In this document: one piece after another, positions 1 to 10,510 of the stretch | Numbering within the stretch: the first letter of the stretch is position 1 | Layout: every line of letters starts with the position of its first letter | Assembly (NCBI GenBank): GCA_049322575.1 | Contig: JBMORQ010000003.1 | Coordinates: 17,719-81,718 of the forward strand | Direction: 5' to 3' | Source: Patescibacteria group bacterium | GTDB lineage: Bacteria > Patescibacteriota > Microgenomatia > UBA1400 > PJMF01 | DNA length: 64,000 nt | Program-made: the position numbers and the translations under genes | The notes under the pieces: generated by a model | Database searches by the model: none | Told to the model about the DNA's origin: nothing | What the model saw: the letters and a program-made list of their open reading frames with translations, nothing else

Positions 1-742
1 TCTTTCTTTACCTAGAGATCTATGGTTAGCAGACTATCAAACAAAGATCAACGCGCTTCTTTATTACGGAGATCAACGAGACTCAAATAATCCTACAAGT
101 TTCCCCAAAGAAGTTATTGAAAACCTTACACAAACCAAGATAGATCACGTAGTAGTGATGAGTTTGGATAATCTTAAGGAACTAATTGATTTGCTCGGAG
201 GAGTAGAAATTGATGTGCCTGAGGCCTTCGTAGATTCTGAATTTCCAAGAAATGATGTTGATGTGAATATAGTTACAGATCCCAAGTTACTTTATGAGGT
301 TGTTAGTTTTCAAAAAGGCAAACAAATCATGGACGGAGAATTGGCTCTTAAATATATTCGCTCGCGTCACAGTCAAGATGAACAGGGCAATGACCTAGCA
401 AGAAACAATCGACAACAAGAGGTTGTCTATGCTATTTTTGCAAAAATCAGTAACCCTATGGATTTGATCAAGGATCCAGCTAGAGCAGGTAGACTTTTTA
501 ATTATTACCAAACAAATTTTGAAAAATACCTACCATTAAATAGCCTAATGGCCATTGGAAAGTCTGTTGTACCTGTGGCAAATCAAATCACCTTTGTTGG
601 TCATGGTCTAGACGAGTACGATGAGACAACTCAAGATGGATCGATATATCATCCAAACCCAAAGCTGTATAACAACCAATGGGTGTATATAATCAAAGAT
701 CAGACTGCTTTTAATCAAGAAATCAAAAATAAGCTTGAATAA
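1..742 (+). CDS. LCP (LytR-CpsA-Psr) family glycopolymer transferase, 5'-truncated by window edge
   Basis: Frame is open from position 2 (LSLPRDLW...TKINA), then LIDLLGGV, ALKYIRSRH, DLARNNRQQ, all typical LCP motifs. Confidence 0.9.
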   Translation, partial: LSLPRDLWLADYQTKINALLYYGDQRDSNNPTSFPKEVIENLTQTKIDHVVVMSLDNLKELIDLLGGVEIDVPEAFVDSEFPRNDVDVNIVTDPKLLYEVVSFQKGKQIMDGELALKYIRSRHSQDEQGNDLARNNRQQEVVYAIFAKISNPMDLIKDPARAGRLFNYYQTNFEKYLPLNSLMAIGKSVVPVANQITFVGHGLDEYDETTQDGSIYHPNPKLYNNQWVYIIKDQTAFNQEIKNKLE

Positions 743-779
743 TAATTCTGGCTCAGAATAACTTATCAGGATAATATCT

Positions 780-1034
780 ATGACTAATCCATTCACGAGA
801 AAGACTTTCCCAAGAATCTCCCAGAAAAACTTAACCAGATTTTTGCTGATGGTTATTGTTATTTTGAGTCTGGCTACGGGCTACTACCACACTCTTTGGC
901 AACAAGAACTCAAGCGGTATCGTCGACTAGAGGACAATTATGTTAGAGTTAGACAAATGCTTGGTAGAGAAGAAACTCAAAGATTAATTGATCTCTCAAA
1001 AGAAAACCATCAAGAGAACCAACAAGAAAACTAA
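780..1034 (+). CDS. Small single-TM hypothetical protein
   Basis: 84-aa ORF with one hydrophobic segment and a charged helical tail, in operon context. Confidence 0.6.
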   Translation: MTNPFTRKTFPRISQKNLTRFLLMVIVILSLATGYYHTLWQQELKRYRRLEDNYVRVRQMLGREETQRLIDLSKENHQENQQEN

Positions 1035-1068
1035 ACTAAGTCATGTCAAATCAAAAGGAAATGTATCT

Positions 1069-2091
1069 ATGACTGAACCAAAAACACTCTTAGTAACAGG
1101 CGGAGCTGGTTTCATTGGCTCTAATTTCGTACATTATTGGCTAAAAAATCATCCACAAGATGAGGTAATTAACTTGGATTTACTCACATATGCCGGTAAT
1201 TTGTCTAGCTTAGTAGATATAGAAAGATTAGCAAATTATCACTTTGTGCAAGGTGACATTTCTGACAAACAACTGATTAACAGAATTATGCCTGATGTTA
1301 ATATTGTTGTTCATTTTGCGGCTGAGTCTCACGTCGACAGATCAATTATGGACCCAGAACTATTCACAAAAACCAACGTGCTAGGTACCCACGTCTTGCT
1401 TGAAGCTGCCAGAGATCATAAGATTGAGCGCTTTCACCACATTTCAACCGATGAGGTTTTTGGCTCACTGGAGTTGAATACTAGTATGAAATTTTCCGAA
1501 GAAACAAATTACGATCCTCGAAGTCCCTACTCTGCAAGCAAGGCTGCGTCGGATCATCTAGTGCGTGCATATGGAGAAACTTATGGTGTACCCTTTACCC
1601 TTACAAACTGCTCAAATAATTATGGAGAGTATCAATTTCCAGAGAAACTTTTTTCTTTAGCGATCACCAATCTTATAGAAGGCAAAAAAGTACCGGTATA
1701 CGGTGATGGCCTTAATGTGCGCGACTGGTTGTATGTACAGGATCATTGTAGAGCCATAGAACGGGTTTTAGAGGATGGCCACTTAGGTGAAACCTACTTG
1801 ATAGGTGGACTCAATAAAGACATTTCAAATCTGGAGATTGTCAAAATGATTTTGCAAATGATGGGTCAAGATGAATCAGCCATTGAATTTGTCAAAGATA
1901 GAGCTGGTCATGATCGTCGTTACGCTGTTGATTTCAGTAAAATTGAAAATGAGCTTGGCTGGAAACCTAGTGTTACATTAGAGGAAGGTTTGCAAAAAAC
2001 CATTAAATGGTACCAAGATCATCCAGAATGGTGGCAACCACTTAAGCATCAATTAAAAGATTATTACCAAGAACAGTATCAACTGCGCTAA
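1069..2091 (+). CDS. rfbB: dTDP-glucose 4,6-dehydratase
   Basis: GGAGFIG, HFAAESHVDRS, STDEVFG, SPYSASKA, GHDRRYA; start chosen at MTEPK. Confidence 0.97.
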   Translation: MTEPKTLLVTGGAGFIGSNFVHYWLKNHPQDEVINLDLLTYAGNLSSLVDIERLANYHFVQGDISDKQLINRIMPDVNIVVHFAAESHVDRSIMDPELFTKTNVLGTHVLLEAARDHKIERFHHISTDEVFGSLELNTSMKFSEETNYDPRSPYSASKAASDHLVRAYGETYGVPFTLTNCSNNYGEYQFPEKLFSLAITNLIEGKKVPVYGDGLNVRDWLYVQDHCRAIERVLEDGHLGETYLIGGLNKDISNLEIVKMILQMMGQDESAIEFVKDRAGHDRRYAVDFSKIENELGWKPSVTLEEGLQKTIKWYQDHPEWWQPLKHQLKDYYQEQYQLR

Positions 2092-2093
2092 AC

Positions 2094-2975
2094 ATGTCAG
2101 AGAAGATTCCACTAGCTGTGACTGGCACTAACGGGCTGGTAGGCTCCAGGTTTATTACTGATTTTGCCGATCGATATGACGTTTTATCACTTGATCGTAA
2201 CAACCCCATTCAGCCTGTCGATATTACTGACTCAGAAGTAGTTGAGGCTGTTCTGAGAGACTCAAAGGCTGAGTTTTTGGTACATTTTGCAGCTTTTACT
2301 GATGTAAACGCAGCCTGGCGACAGCAAGGCGATAAAAATGGTTTAGCATATCAAGTTAACGTAGCCGGTACCAATAATTTAGTTAGCGCTTGCGAGAAAT
2401 TTGGCAAAAGATTAATTCACGTTTCTACAGCCTACGTGTTCGATGGGAATTCTATTGACCAATATCGAGAAACCGACACTCCTCATGCAATTGAATGGTA
2501 CGGCCAGACGAAACTTTGGGCTGAGGAAATCATTCAAAGCTCCACAATTCCCTGGACGATATTTCGTATAGATCAACCATTTGCCAGTCAACCTCATCAA
2601 AAACTTGACATTGCTCACCGCTTAGCAAGCGGACTTCAGAACAACACTCTTTATCCCCAGTTCACCAATCACTATTTTGGGCCAACAATAATCGAGGATT
2701 TTGCCAAAACAATCGATTGGGCTATAAGAACTTCGGCAACAGGTCTCTATCATGCCTCAAGCGGTGAACGTTGGAGCGATTTCCAATTTGCCCAAGCAAT
2801 TAAAGACCAGCACCTGCTTTCCGGCGAGGTCAAACCAGGTAATCTCGATGAATATCTTAAAACACAACCACGGCCATATCAGAGAAACACAGCCCTTGAT
2901 TGCACAAAACTACATAGTCAAATTGACTTCACTCCACAAACCGTTCATCAAGCTATCTCCAAATTAAAATTTTAA
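2094..2975 (+). CDS. rfbD: dTDP-4-dehydrorhamnose reductase-like SDR
   Basis: TGTNGLVG, HFAAFTDVN, STAYVFDG, YGQTK; follows rfbB. Confidence 0.85.
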   Translation: MSEKIPLAVTGTNGLVGSRFITDFADRYDVLSLDRNNPIQPVDITDSEVVEAVLRDSKAEFLVHFAAFTDVNAAWRQQGDKNGLAYQVNVAGTNNLVSACEKFGKRLIHVSTAYVFDGNSIDQYRETDTPHAIEWYGQTKLWAEEIIQSSTIPWTIFRIDQPFASQPHQKLDIAHRLASGLQNNTLYPQFTNHYFGPTIIEDFAKTIDWAIRTSATGLYHASSGERWSDFQFAQAIKDQHLLSGEVKPGNLDEYLKTQPRPYQRNTALDCTKLHSQIDFTPQTVHQAISKLKF

Positions 2976-3034
2976 TATCTACTTTGGCGAGACTAAAGAG
3001 GTTTGACGATAGGGATAATTTTTCACTCACAAAC

Positions 3035-3697
3035 TTATTCCACCGGAACTCTGTTTTTTTCTCTCCATTGGCTAATTTGAGCGTGATTTCCTGTTAAAAG
3101 AATCTTTGGCACCCGCTTTCCAGAAAATATCTCTGGTCTAGTGTACTGAGGAAAAGCAGACCGACCAGGCTCTGCATGCGACTCGTCTTTATTGCTAAGT
3201 TCATTTCCCAATACTCCTGGAATCAAGCGGGAAACGGCGTCAATCATGACTGCAGCCGCTGGTTCACCGCCTGTTAGAACGAAATTACCGATTCTAATTT
3301 CCTCATCGACAAATAAGTCGGTCACCCGCTGATCGACACCTTCATAGTGGCCGCAAATTATTGTGAGAGAATCGAGCTTGGCAAAATCTCTTGCTATAGC
3401 TTGGTCGAAAATTTGCCCATCGGCCGATGTTAAAATAATTCGTTGATTTGCCTTGCCTTTTTGACCCTGCTGCCCAAGCGCTTTCAGAGCCGCAGCGATT
3501 GGTTCCACCTTCATGACCATTCCTGGACCACCACCATAAGGACGTTCATCTGTTGTCTGATGTTTATCAGTGGCAAAATCACGAATGTTGATGAGATTGA
3601 TTTCAATTTGTTTTTTAGCAACGGCTTTGCCTAGAATCGAGGTTTTTAATACCGATTGAAAATAGTCAGGAAAAAGTGTTAGAACATTTATCTTCAT
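3035..3697 (-). CDS. trmD: tRNA (guanine-N1)-methyltransferase
   Basis: VLTLFP, PYGGGPGMVM, ICGHYEGVDQRV, VLTGGE, PQYTRP. Confidence 0.97.
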   Translation of the reverse strand: MKINVLTLFPDYFQSVLKTSILGKAVAKKQIEINLINIRDFATDKHQTTDERPYGGGPGMVMKVEPIAAALKALGQQGQKGKANQRIILTSADGQIFDQAIARDFAKLDSLTIICGHYEGVDQRVTDLFVDEEIRIGNFVLTGGEPAAAVMIDAVSRLIPGVLGNELSNKDESHAEPGRSAFPQYTRPEIFSGKRVPKILLTGNHAQISQWREKNRVPVE

Positions 3698-3756
3698 GAG
3701 GTAATTATATCGTGTTATAGTAGACTTGCGACAACAATCATTAATTTGGAGACATT

Positions 3757-4713
3757 ATGGAAAAACAAACTGTATTAATCACGGGAGGTACCGGATTTGC
3801 TGGTTCTCACTTGGTTGAGTCATTGTTACTTGAGAACACTCCTAAGTCGATTCACGTCACTAGTTTCGGGGGTAAGCCAGGCTTCGTCGCCAGCCTTTTG
3901 CCCGCTACCAACATCCATAAATTAGATCTTACAAACTACGAGGAAACAAAAACACTTCTATCTAAGATTCAGCCAACCCACATTTTCCACCTAGCAGCCA
4001 GTGCCTCAGTTGTAAGCAGTTTTGAGCAAGCGCGAGCCACCATGCAAAATAATCTTGATTTGCAGCTTAGCTTACTAGACGCAGTTAAAGACGTTTGTCC
4101 TGATGCCAGGATTTTAAATATTGGCAGTGCCTTAGAGTACGACTTTACAAAATCACGAGTTTTTGCCGAATCCGCTGAACTAGGCCCTGTTAGTCCTTAT
4201 GCCTTTTCAAAGGTTATGCAGGACATGTTGGCGGTTATGTACCAACGAAGTCATAAACTACACATCATCAGAACAAGGCCTTTTAACCATTTTGGAGAAC
4301 GACAAACACCAGGCTTCGTGGTGGCCGATTTTGCCAAAAAAATCGTTGAGATTGAAAAAGATCCAACTCGAGAAAAACTTATCACTGTTGGCAATCTGGA
4401 AGCTGTGAGGGATTTTTGTGACGTTAAAGATATGGTAGAGGCATATAAGCTCTTAATGGATAAGGGTGCTGAAGGTGAAGTTTATAATATCGGTTCGGGT
4501 GTTGGTACCTCAATCAAACAGATTTTAGACGAGCTCATCAGTCTTACTAGTCTTAATATCCAGGTCGAGATTGATCCGGAGAAATTTCGCCCTCTTGATG
4601 TTCCGACAGTTATTGCAGATAATGAGAAAATTAAAAACTTAGGCTGGTCACCGTCCAGGCATCTATCAGAAACATTATTAAGAACTCTTAATTGGTGGAG
4701 GAATAACTCATGA
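3757..4713 (+). CDS. rmd: GDP-4-dehydro-6-deoxy-D-mannose reductase-like SDR (GDP-D-rhamnose synthesis)
   Basis: TGGTGFAGSHL, SPYAFSK, RPFNHFG, GNLEAVRDF; overlaps gmd (ATGA). Confidence 0.75.
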   Translation: MEKQTVLITGGTGFAGSHLVESLLLENTPKSIHVTSFGGKPGFVASLLPATNIHKLDLTNYEETKTLLSKIQPTHIFHLAASASVVSSFEQARATMQNNLDLQLSLLDAVKDVCPDARILNIGSALEYDFTKSRVFAESAELGPVSPYAFSKVMQDMLAVMYQRSHKLHIIRTRPFNHFGERQTPGFVVADFAKKIVEIEKDPTREKLITVGNLEAVRDFCDVKDMVEAYKLLMDKGAEGEVYNIGSGVGTSIKQILDELISLTSLNIQVEIDPEKFRPLDVPTVIADNEKIKNLGWSPSRHLSETLLRTLNWWRNNS

Positions 4714-5687
4714 AAAAGGCATTTATCACAGGAATAACGGGTCAAGATGGTTCATACCTGGCAGAATTACTCCTTGAAAAGGGATACAAAGTCTATGGTC
4801 TAACCAGACGAACCAGTACCCAAAATTTTGCTCGTATTGAGGGTATCATGCATCACCCTAATCTTGAACTAATCTCGGGTGATTTAATCGATCAGCACTC
4901 TCTCACCTTTGCTCTCAAGGAGATTCAACCAGATGAAATCTATAACTTGGCAGCTCAATCGTTCGTCAAGGCTTCCTGGGAACAACCGGTTTTAACTGGA
5001 GAATACACCGCTCTTGGAGTTACTAGAGTTTTAGAGGCCATGCGCTTGGCATGTCCTAATGCCAAGTTCTATCAAGCAAGCTCAAGCGAAATGTTTGGCA
5101 AGGTCCGCGAAGTACCTCAAACAGTAAACACACCATTCTATCCACGTTCGCCTTATGGCGTTGCCAAAGTTTATGGCCACTGGATCACGGTAAATTACCG
5201 AGAGTCATACGATATGTTTGCTGTCTCGGGGATTCTTTTTAACCACGAGTCACCTAGGCGTGGATTAGAGTTTGTCACCAGAAAAATAGCCAATGGCATC
5301 GCTCGTGTCAAGCTTGGCAAACAATCACATGTTGAGCTTGGCAACCTTGAAGCTAAGCGTGACTGGGGTTACGCCAAAGATTATGTTGAGGCAATGTGGC
5401 TAATGCTACAGCAAGACAAGCCAGACGACTATGTAGTGGCAACAGGTGAAACCCATTCCGTTAGAGAATTCTTGGAATTGTCCTGCAGTTTTGCCGGTAT
5501 TGCTGACTGGCAAAGTGTTTATAAACACAATCCTAAATATGATCGACCTGCAGAGGTCGATCTTTTGATTGGAGATCCAAATAAAGCAAAACAGACACTC
5601 AACTGGCGACCCTCAGTAGATTTTCCAGGATTGGTGAAGTTGATGGTTGAGGCTGAGCTGGAGTTGGAAAAAAATAAGAACAACTAA
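4710..5687 (+). CDS. gmd: GDP-mannose 4,6-dehydratase
   Basis: ITGITGQDGSYLAE, YQASSSEMFG, PRSPYGVAK, NHESPRRG, KRDWG. Confidence 0.97.
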   Translation: MKKAFITGITGQDGSYLAELLLEKGYKVYGLTRRTSTQNFARIEGIMHHPNLELISGDLIDQHSLTFALKEIQPDEIYNLAAQSFVKASWEQPVLTGEYTALGVTRVLEAMRLACPNAKFYQASSSEMFGKVREVPQTVNTPFYPRSPYGVAKVYGHWITVNYRESYDMFAVSGILFNHESPRRGLEFVTRKIANGIARVKLGKQSHVELGNLEAKRDWGYAKDYVEAMWLMLQQDKPDDYVVATGETHSVREFLELSCSFAGIADWQSVYKHNPKYDRPAEVDLLIGDPNKAKQTLNWRPSVDFPGLVKLMVEAELELEKNKNN

Positions 5688-5699
5688 CTGAGGATACGG

Positions 5700-6863
5700 A
5701 TGAAATTAGCCACTATCATTATTCCCACCTACAATGAAAGTGATAACATTGAGCATACTCTCAATTGCTTATTTGAGGTTTTCTCTACAATTACCACCTG
5801 GAAGATGAGTATTCTTGTAGTAGATGACTCATCACCCGATGGTACATCCAAGATTGTTCAAGATTTACAAAAGACACACAACAATCTTCACTTACTAATC
5901 AACAAAACAAAATCGGGACTAGGTGGTGCTTATCTCAAGGGAATGGATTACGCTTTCAACAAAATTGGTAGTGATGTTGCTTTTGAATTCGATGCTGATT
6001 TATCTCACGATCCAAAAAAAATCCCAGAATTCTTGAAAAAACTAGATCAGGGTTTTGATCTGGTTATGGGATCTCGCTATATACCCGGGGGGAGTATTCC
6101 AGAAAATTGGGGTTGGCATCGTAAGTTTCTGAGTGTGGTCGGAAATTTATTTATCATGTTAGTCATGACAAATTTTAAAATTCACGACTGGACAGGAGGA
6201 TATCGAGCTATCAGGAAAGAGGTCTTTCAAGCCGTCTCGAAAGATTTAACCGATGCTAAATTTGCCGGTTATACCTTTCAGGTTGGTTTCTTAAATAGCA
6301 CTTTAAATAATGGCTTCAAAGTTGCCGAGGTTCCTTTCCATTTCAAAGACAGGACAAGAGGGGTGAGTAAAATGGGTCCTGAGTACCTCAAAAGCATCAT
6401 GATTTTTTTAATAAAGACGCGATTGGAACAAATCGTTAAAAGCAGAATTTTCAAGTTTGTGACGGTCGGTGGTTTAACAGCAATGTTGCAGCTGGTAGCT
6501 TTACAAATAATGCGCAATCTCTTGCCCTATCAAATTGCTTTCTTTTTGGCAATTGAGATGGCGGTTTTAGGTAATTTTGTTCTCAGCAACCTCTGGACAT
6601 TTGCCGATAGAAAACTATCAGTCAGTCAATACCCACTTAAATTTATCCAATTTAATTTGGCCTCTGCTGGTTCGATATTAATCCAGCAAACCATCGCCTT
6701 CGTTGGCGAGAGATTTATCGGTCTAAAAGATCTTTTCATGGTGCCAATTCTAGGTTTTAGAGTCGATACTGGCCTGATCTTTGCTGTGGTCGGAATATTA
6801 ATTGGTATGTTTTGGAACTTCTTTGCTTACAGTACCATCATTTGGAAAAAGAACAAATCATAA
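5700..6863 (+). CDS. Polyprenol-phosphate mannose synthase-like GT2 fused to GtrA-like membrane domain
   Basis: IPTYNE, VDDSSPDGT, DADLSHDP, GSRY, plus C-terminal 4-TM GtrA-like region (KFVTVG...NFVLSNLWTF). Confidence 0.85.
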   Translation: MKLATIIIPTYNESDNIEHTLNCLFEVFSTITTWKMSILVVDDSSPDGTSKIVQDLQKTHNNLHLLINKTKSGLGGAYLKGMDYAFNKIGSDVAFEFDADLSHDPKKIPEFLKKLDQGFDLVMGSRYIPGGSIPENWGWHRKFLSVVGNLFIMLVMTNFKIHDWTGGYRAIRKEVFQAVSKDLTDAKFAGYTFQVGFLNSTLNNGFKVAEVPFHFKDRTRGVSKMGPEYLKSIMIFLIKTRLEQIVKSRIFKFVTVGGLTAMLQLVALQIMRNLLPYQIAFFLAIEMAVLGNFVLSNLWTFADRKLSVSQYPLKFIQFNLASAGSILIQQTIAFVGERFIGLKDLFMVPILGFRVDTGLIFAVVGILIGMFWNFFAYSTIIWKKNKS

Positions 6864-6864
6864 A

Positions 6865-8415
6865 ATGACTGCCTTAAAAAATACTTTTTACCAACGGAAA
6901 ATTTCTGTTATTAGTATTTTACTTGCCACAATCTTAATTTTCGCTGGTTTTTTTCGTCTCTATAACTTGAGGGGGTCATTGCAATTCCAAGGCGATCAGG
7001 GTAGAGATGCCATCATTGTCGCCAAAATGTTTCTGGAACGAGACATGGTGTTTATTGGCCCAGTGACAAGTGTTGGTAATATGTATCTCGGACCTCTCTA
7101 TTACTATTTCATGTTGCCATTTTTATTTATTAGTTTTCCCAGCCCAATGGGGCCGGTTTATGCGGTGGCGTTTTTAGGCATATTGACAGTTTTTCTAACC
7201 TACTGGCTTGGTCAAGAGATGATTGGAAAAAAAGCATCTATGATAGCTGCTGCTTTTATGGCTTTTTCAGCTACAGCCACTCTTTACTCTCGTTTCAGTT
7301 GGAATCCAAATCCAGCTCCACTAGTCTCATTATTGATGATTTATTCTCTCTTCAAAGCTTTAAAAAAGAATGTTTTTTATTGGATTTTAGTGGCTGTCTT
7401 TTTTAGTATTTTGATTCAACTTCATTACTTAACACTTTTATCAGCCGTAGCATTGGCAATCATTTGGGTTTGGCAATTGATTTCAATCATCAAGAAGATG
7501 AGGGATCCCTTGATAAAAAAAGGCAATATAAACCAGTTTATCATTGCAACTTTTACCTCTGTCGTTGTAGTAATCATGTCGATGGCACCGCTAATTCTTT
7601 TTGACATTAAACACCAAGGCTTAAACGCAAAGGCTTTCCAATCACTCATTAGTCACAAAGAAAACTTTACTTACAGTGAACCTGTCTCAATTGTTCAGAA
7701 ATTGGCTGAAACTGTTGCCGAAACTGAGGGAAGAAGCATGCATGTTCTTTTCGAGATCACCATCGGCAAAAACCGACCACTCAATCGACTGCTTTACTTA
7801 TCCGTTTTTGTCGTTTTGGCTTTCATAGTTCTAAAAAGAAAAGATCGACAGTTCTTTCTTGGAGAAGCCATCGTTATTACTTTTCTCTTAACTGGTATCA
7901 TCGGCACTGCTTTTTATCAGCATACCATTTTCGATCATTATATCGCTTATCTTTTTCCGGTAACCTTCTTGATATATGGCATTGTTGGCAACTGGCTCTG
8001 CACAAGGATTTGGGGCAAGCTTATTGTTATGTTATTCGCTCTAGTTTTCCTCAGCTACAATCTGCCTCGTATGCCGTTAAAAAGTCTAGGGTGGCAAGTT
8101 GATGACATCGAGCGTACCAGCCAAGAAATTCTAAAACGGGTCGCAGTTGGTGATAAATACAATATTGTGTTACTTTCAGAATCAAAAGATCATTACGGCC
8201 AGAATTACCGATATTTTTTAGTGGCGAGTGATAAACCCCCTGTCGAGATCGAGAACGGGGCTGATGCTGATAAACTATTTATCATCAATGAGGAAAAAAA
8301 GACAAAAGATGTCACCGGACTTCCAATCTATGATCTTGTAGTCTTTCCAAACAAGACAGTCAAGGATTTTTTTGTGATCGATAACGGCCCGGAAATTACC
8401 CTTTTAGAAAAATAA
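6865..8415 (+). CDS. GT-C fold (ArnT/PMT-like) membrane glycosyltransferase
   Basis: Multi-TM protein with FQGDQGRD, YLGPLYYY, SRFSWNPN motifs. Confidence 0.8.
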   Translation: MTALKNTFYQRKISVISILLATILIFAGFFRLYNLRGSLQFQGDQGRDAIIVAKMFLERDMVFIGPVTSVGNMYLGPLYYYFMLPFLFISFPSPMGPVYAVAFLGILTVFLTYWLGQEMIGKKASMIAAAFMAFSATATLYSRFSWNPNPAPLVSLLMIYSLFKALKKNVFYWILVAVFFSILIQLHYLTLLSAVALAIIWVWQLISIIKKMRDPLIKKGNINQFIIATFTSVVVVIMSMAPLILFDIKHQGLNAKAFQSLISHKENFTYSEPVSIVQKLAETVAETEGRSMHVLFEITIGKNRPLNRLLYLSVFVVLAFIVLKRKDRQFFLGEAIVITFLLTGIIGTAFYQHTIFDHYIAYLFPVTFLIYGIVGNWLCTRIWGKLIVMLFALVFLSYNLPRMPLKSLGWQVDDIERTSQEILKRVAVGDKYNIVLLSESKDHYGQNYRYFLVASDKPPVEIENGADADKLFIINEEKKTKDVTGLPIYDLVVFPNKTVKDFFVIDNGPEITLLEK

Positions 8416-8453
8416 GCATTAACAGCAATTTTTAATTACAGTAAGATAAATAT

Positions 8454-9206
8454 ATGTCACAACCATTCTTATCAGTCATCATTCCGTCTTACAACGAGCT
8501 GAACAATCTCAACAGAGGAGTTTTAGAACAAGTTAATGACTATCTCAAGAAGCAAGACTATTCATGGGAAGTGATCTTAACTGATGATGGATCTACTGAT
8601 GGGACCTTAGAAAAATTAGTGGAGTTTTGCCAGCAACACCCAAATTTCCATGTACTTGCCAACGACCACGCCGGAAAAGGGCCAACCGTCAAAAGTGGCA
8701 TGTTATCGGCACAGGGTGAGTGGAGACTTTTCACTGATTTTGATCAATCTACCCCTATTGGTGAGGTTAAAAAACTACTAAATTTTACCAACCAATATGA
8801 TATTGTACTTGGTTCAAGAGAGGGAGATGGTTCGAAACGAGATACTGAACCATTTTATCGACACATAATGGGTAGAGGTTTTAATCTATTAGTACAGTTA
8901 TTGGCGGTTCCAGGACTTAGGGATACTCAATGTGGATTTAAGATCTTTTCTGCTCGAGCAACCAACAAACTTTTTGGGTCGTTGTATATTTATGGTCAAG
9001 CGAAATCGCGTAAAGATGCATTCACCGGGGCGTTCGATGTTGAATTGCTGTTTTTGGCCAAGAAGTATGGATACAAGTTTATTGAGGTACCCATTTTTTG
9101 GAAACACTATAAATCCGACCGAGTAAGTCCTATTCGTGATTCCCTAAGAATGCTGCTTGATATTGTTAAAATTCGATTGGCAGATCTATCAGGTAAATAC
9201 AATTAA
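8454..9206 (+). CDS. Dolichyl/polyprenyl-phosphate glycosyltransferase (GT2, ALG5-like)
   Basis: IPSYNE, DDGSTDGT, GKG, FTDFDQSTP, DTQCGFK, FDVELL. Confidence 0.88.
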   Translation: MSQPFLSVIIPSYNELNNLNRGVLEQVNDYLKKQDYSWEVILTDDGSTDGTLEKLVEFCQQHPNFHVLANDHAGKGPTVKSGMLSAQGEWRLFTDFDQSTPIGEVKKLLNFTNQYDIVLGSREGDGSKRDTEPFYRHIMGRGFNLLVQLLAVPGLRDTQCGFKIFSARATNKLFGSLYIYGQAKSRKDAFTGAFDVELLFLAKKYGYKFIEVPIFWKHYKSDRVSPIRDSLRMLLDIVKIRLADLSGKYN

Positions 9207-10507
9207 TGTCAAAAAATAAATTCTGGTTTTTCTTATTGTTTGCGCTCTTCTTTTGCCTGATACTATTATATAGCTGGTTTAGTTACGGTATGACGGCTCC
9301 CAATCTAGTCTTGTTAAAAGCTGATTGGTTTTGGCAGTTTCAAAGTCAGATGTGGCGGACATTTTTTAATGATCGTCAACTAACTGCTAAGATTTATTTT
9401 TTAATTATCTCACTATTGTTTGTGGTCTATTTTGGATTACTGAAATTTGTTTCAAGATTGAAGGAGACTCTTTCACACAAAACCATCCTTTCTCTCTTGT
9501 CTGTGACTCTATTACCACTGCTTTTTAGTTACAATATGTTGTCATATGACGTCTTCAATTACATTTTTAACGCTCGGATGGTTGTCGAATATCAAGCAAA
9601 CCCCCACATTAAGGTGGCACTAGATTTCCCAGATGACCCATGGACAAGGTTTATGCACAACACACATACCCCTGCTCCGTACTGGTACGGATGGACGGCT
9701 TTTTCATTGGTGCCTTATGTTGTTGGCATGGACAAATTTGCGCTAACTTGGTTAGTCTTCCGCAGTCTGAGTATACTAAGCGTCTTTTTACTCTATTGGA
9801 TACTGAATCTTTTGCATAAAAAAATCTATTCAAGGCCTTTGGATGCCTTTCAAATAATTTTAGTTTTTTTTAACCCTCTTTTTTTGATAGAAATTGTTAG
9901 TAATTCTCATAACGATTTGTGGATGATCGTACCCGCAATCGCATCGCTCTATTTGTTAACTACCCATAAATCAGAAAATATTTCTCTAATAAAAATTTTT
10001 TGCTCAGTTTTACTATTGTTGTTTTCGGTTTCAACTAAACAAGCAACTCTAGTTTTGTTGCCAATTTGGGCGTTACTATTCTTCAAAAACAACATCCTCA
10101 TGTTAAAAATTGCTCAAGCTAATTGGCCAGTATTTGTTAAAAAAATAATCGTAATCGCAACGCACAAAATTTCCGAGTTAATCAATTACTGGTGGCCAAC
10201 TTTCGCATCACTTTTACTGTTTATTCCGCTGTTGACTGATCGTTCACAACAATTTCATCCCTGGTATCTAACGTGGTCACTTGTCTGGTTACCTCTAATC
10301 AGGATCAGCACTTGGAAAATAATCTTGGTGGGTTTTTCTATCAGCTCTCTTTATCGATATTTGCCCTGGATTTTGGCTGGTGGTTATGGAGAAGAGGTGA
10401 TCCATCAGCAAAAAATGATAACCTGGCTACCCAGCCTAATTTTGCTTATGGCAACTTACCTTTGGCAACGTAGGCAAAACAATACAAATCTAACACGGAT
10501 TGAGTAA
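9206..10507 (+). CDS. GT-C membrane glycosyltransferase (MptA/MptB-like)
   Basis: LSYDVFNY, PAPY, FFNPLFLIE..SHND, QFHPWY motifs typical of polyprenol-P-sugar-dependent mannosyltransferase-like proteins. Confidence 0.7.
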   Translation: MSKNKFWFFLLFALFFCLILLYSWFSYGMTAPNLVLLKADWFWQFQSQMWRTFFNDRQLTAKIYFLIISLLFVVYFGLLKFVSRLKETLSHKTILSLLSVTLLPLLFSYNMLSYDVFNYIFNARMVVEYQANPHIKVALDFPDDPWTRFMHNTHTPAPYWYGWTAFSLVPYVVGMDKFALTWLVFRSLSILSVFLLYWILNLLHKKIYSRPLDAFQIILVFFNPLFLIEIVSNSHNDLWMIVPAIASLYLLTTHKSENISLIKIFCSVLLLLFSVSTKQATLVLLPIWALLFFKNNILMLKIAQANWPVFVKKIIVIATHKISELINYWWPTFASLLLFIPLLTDRSQQFHPWYLTWSLVWLPLIRISTWKIILVGFSISSLYRYLPWILAGGYGEEVIHQQKMITWLPSLILLMATYLWQRRQNNTNLTRIE

Positions 10508-10510
10508 ATC

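Noticed and set aside
3721-3732. TAGACTTGCG resembling the MITE end
   Set aside because: Only 8 matching bases and no partner end
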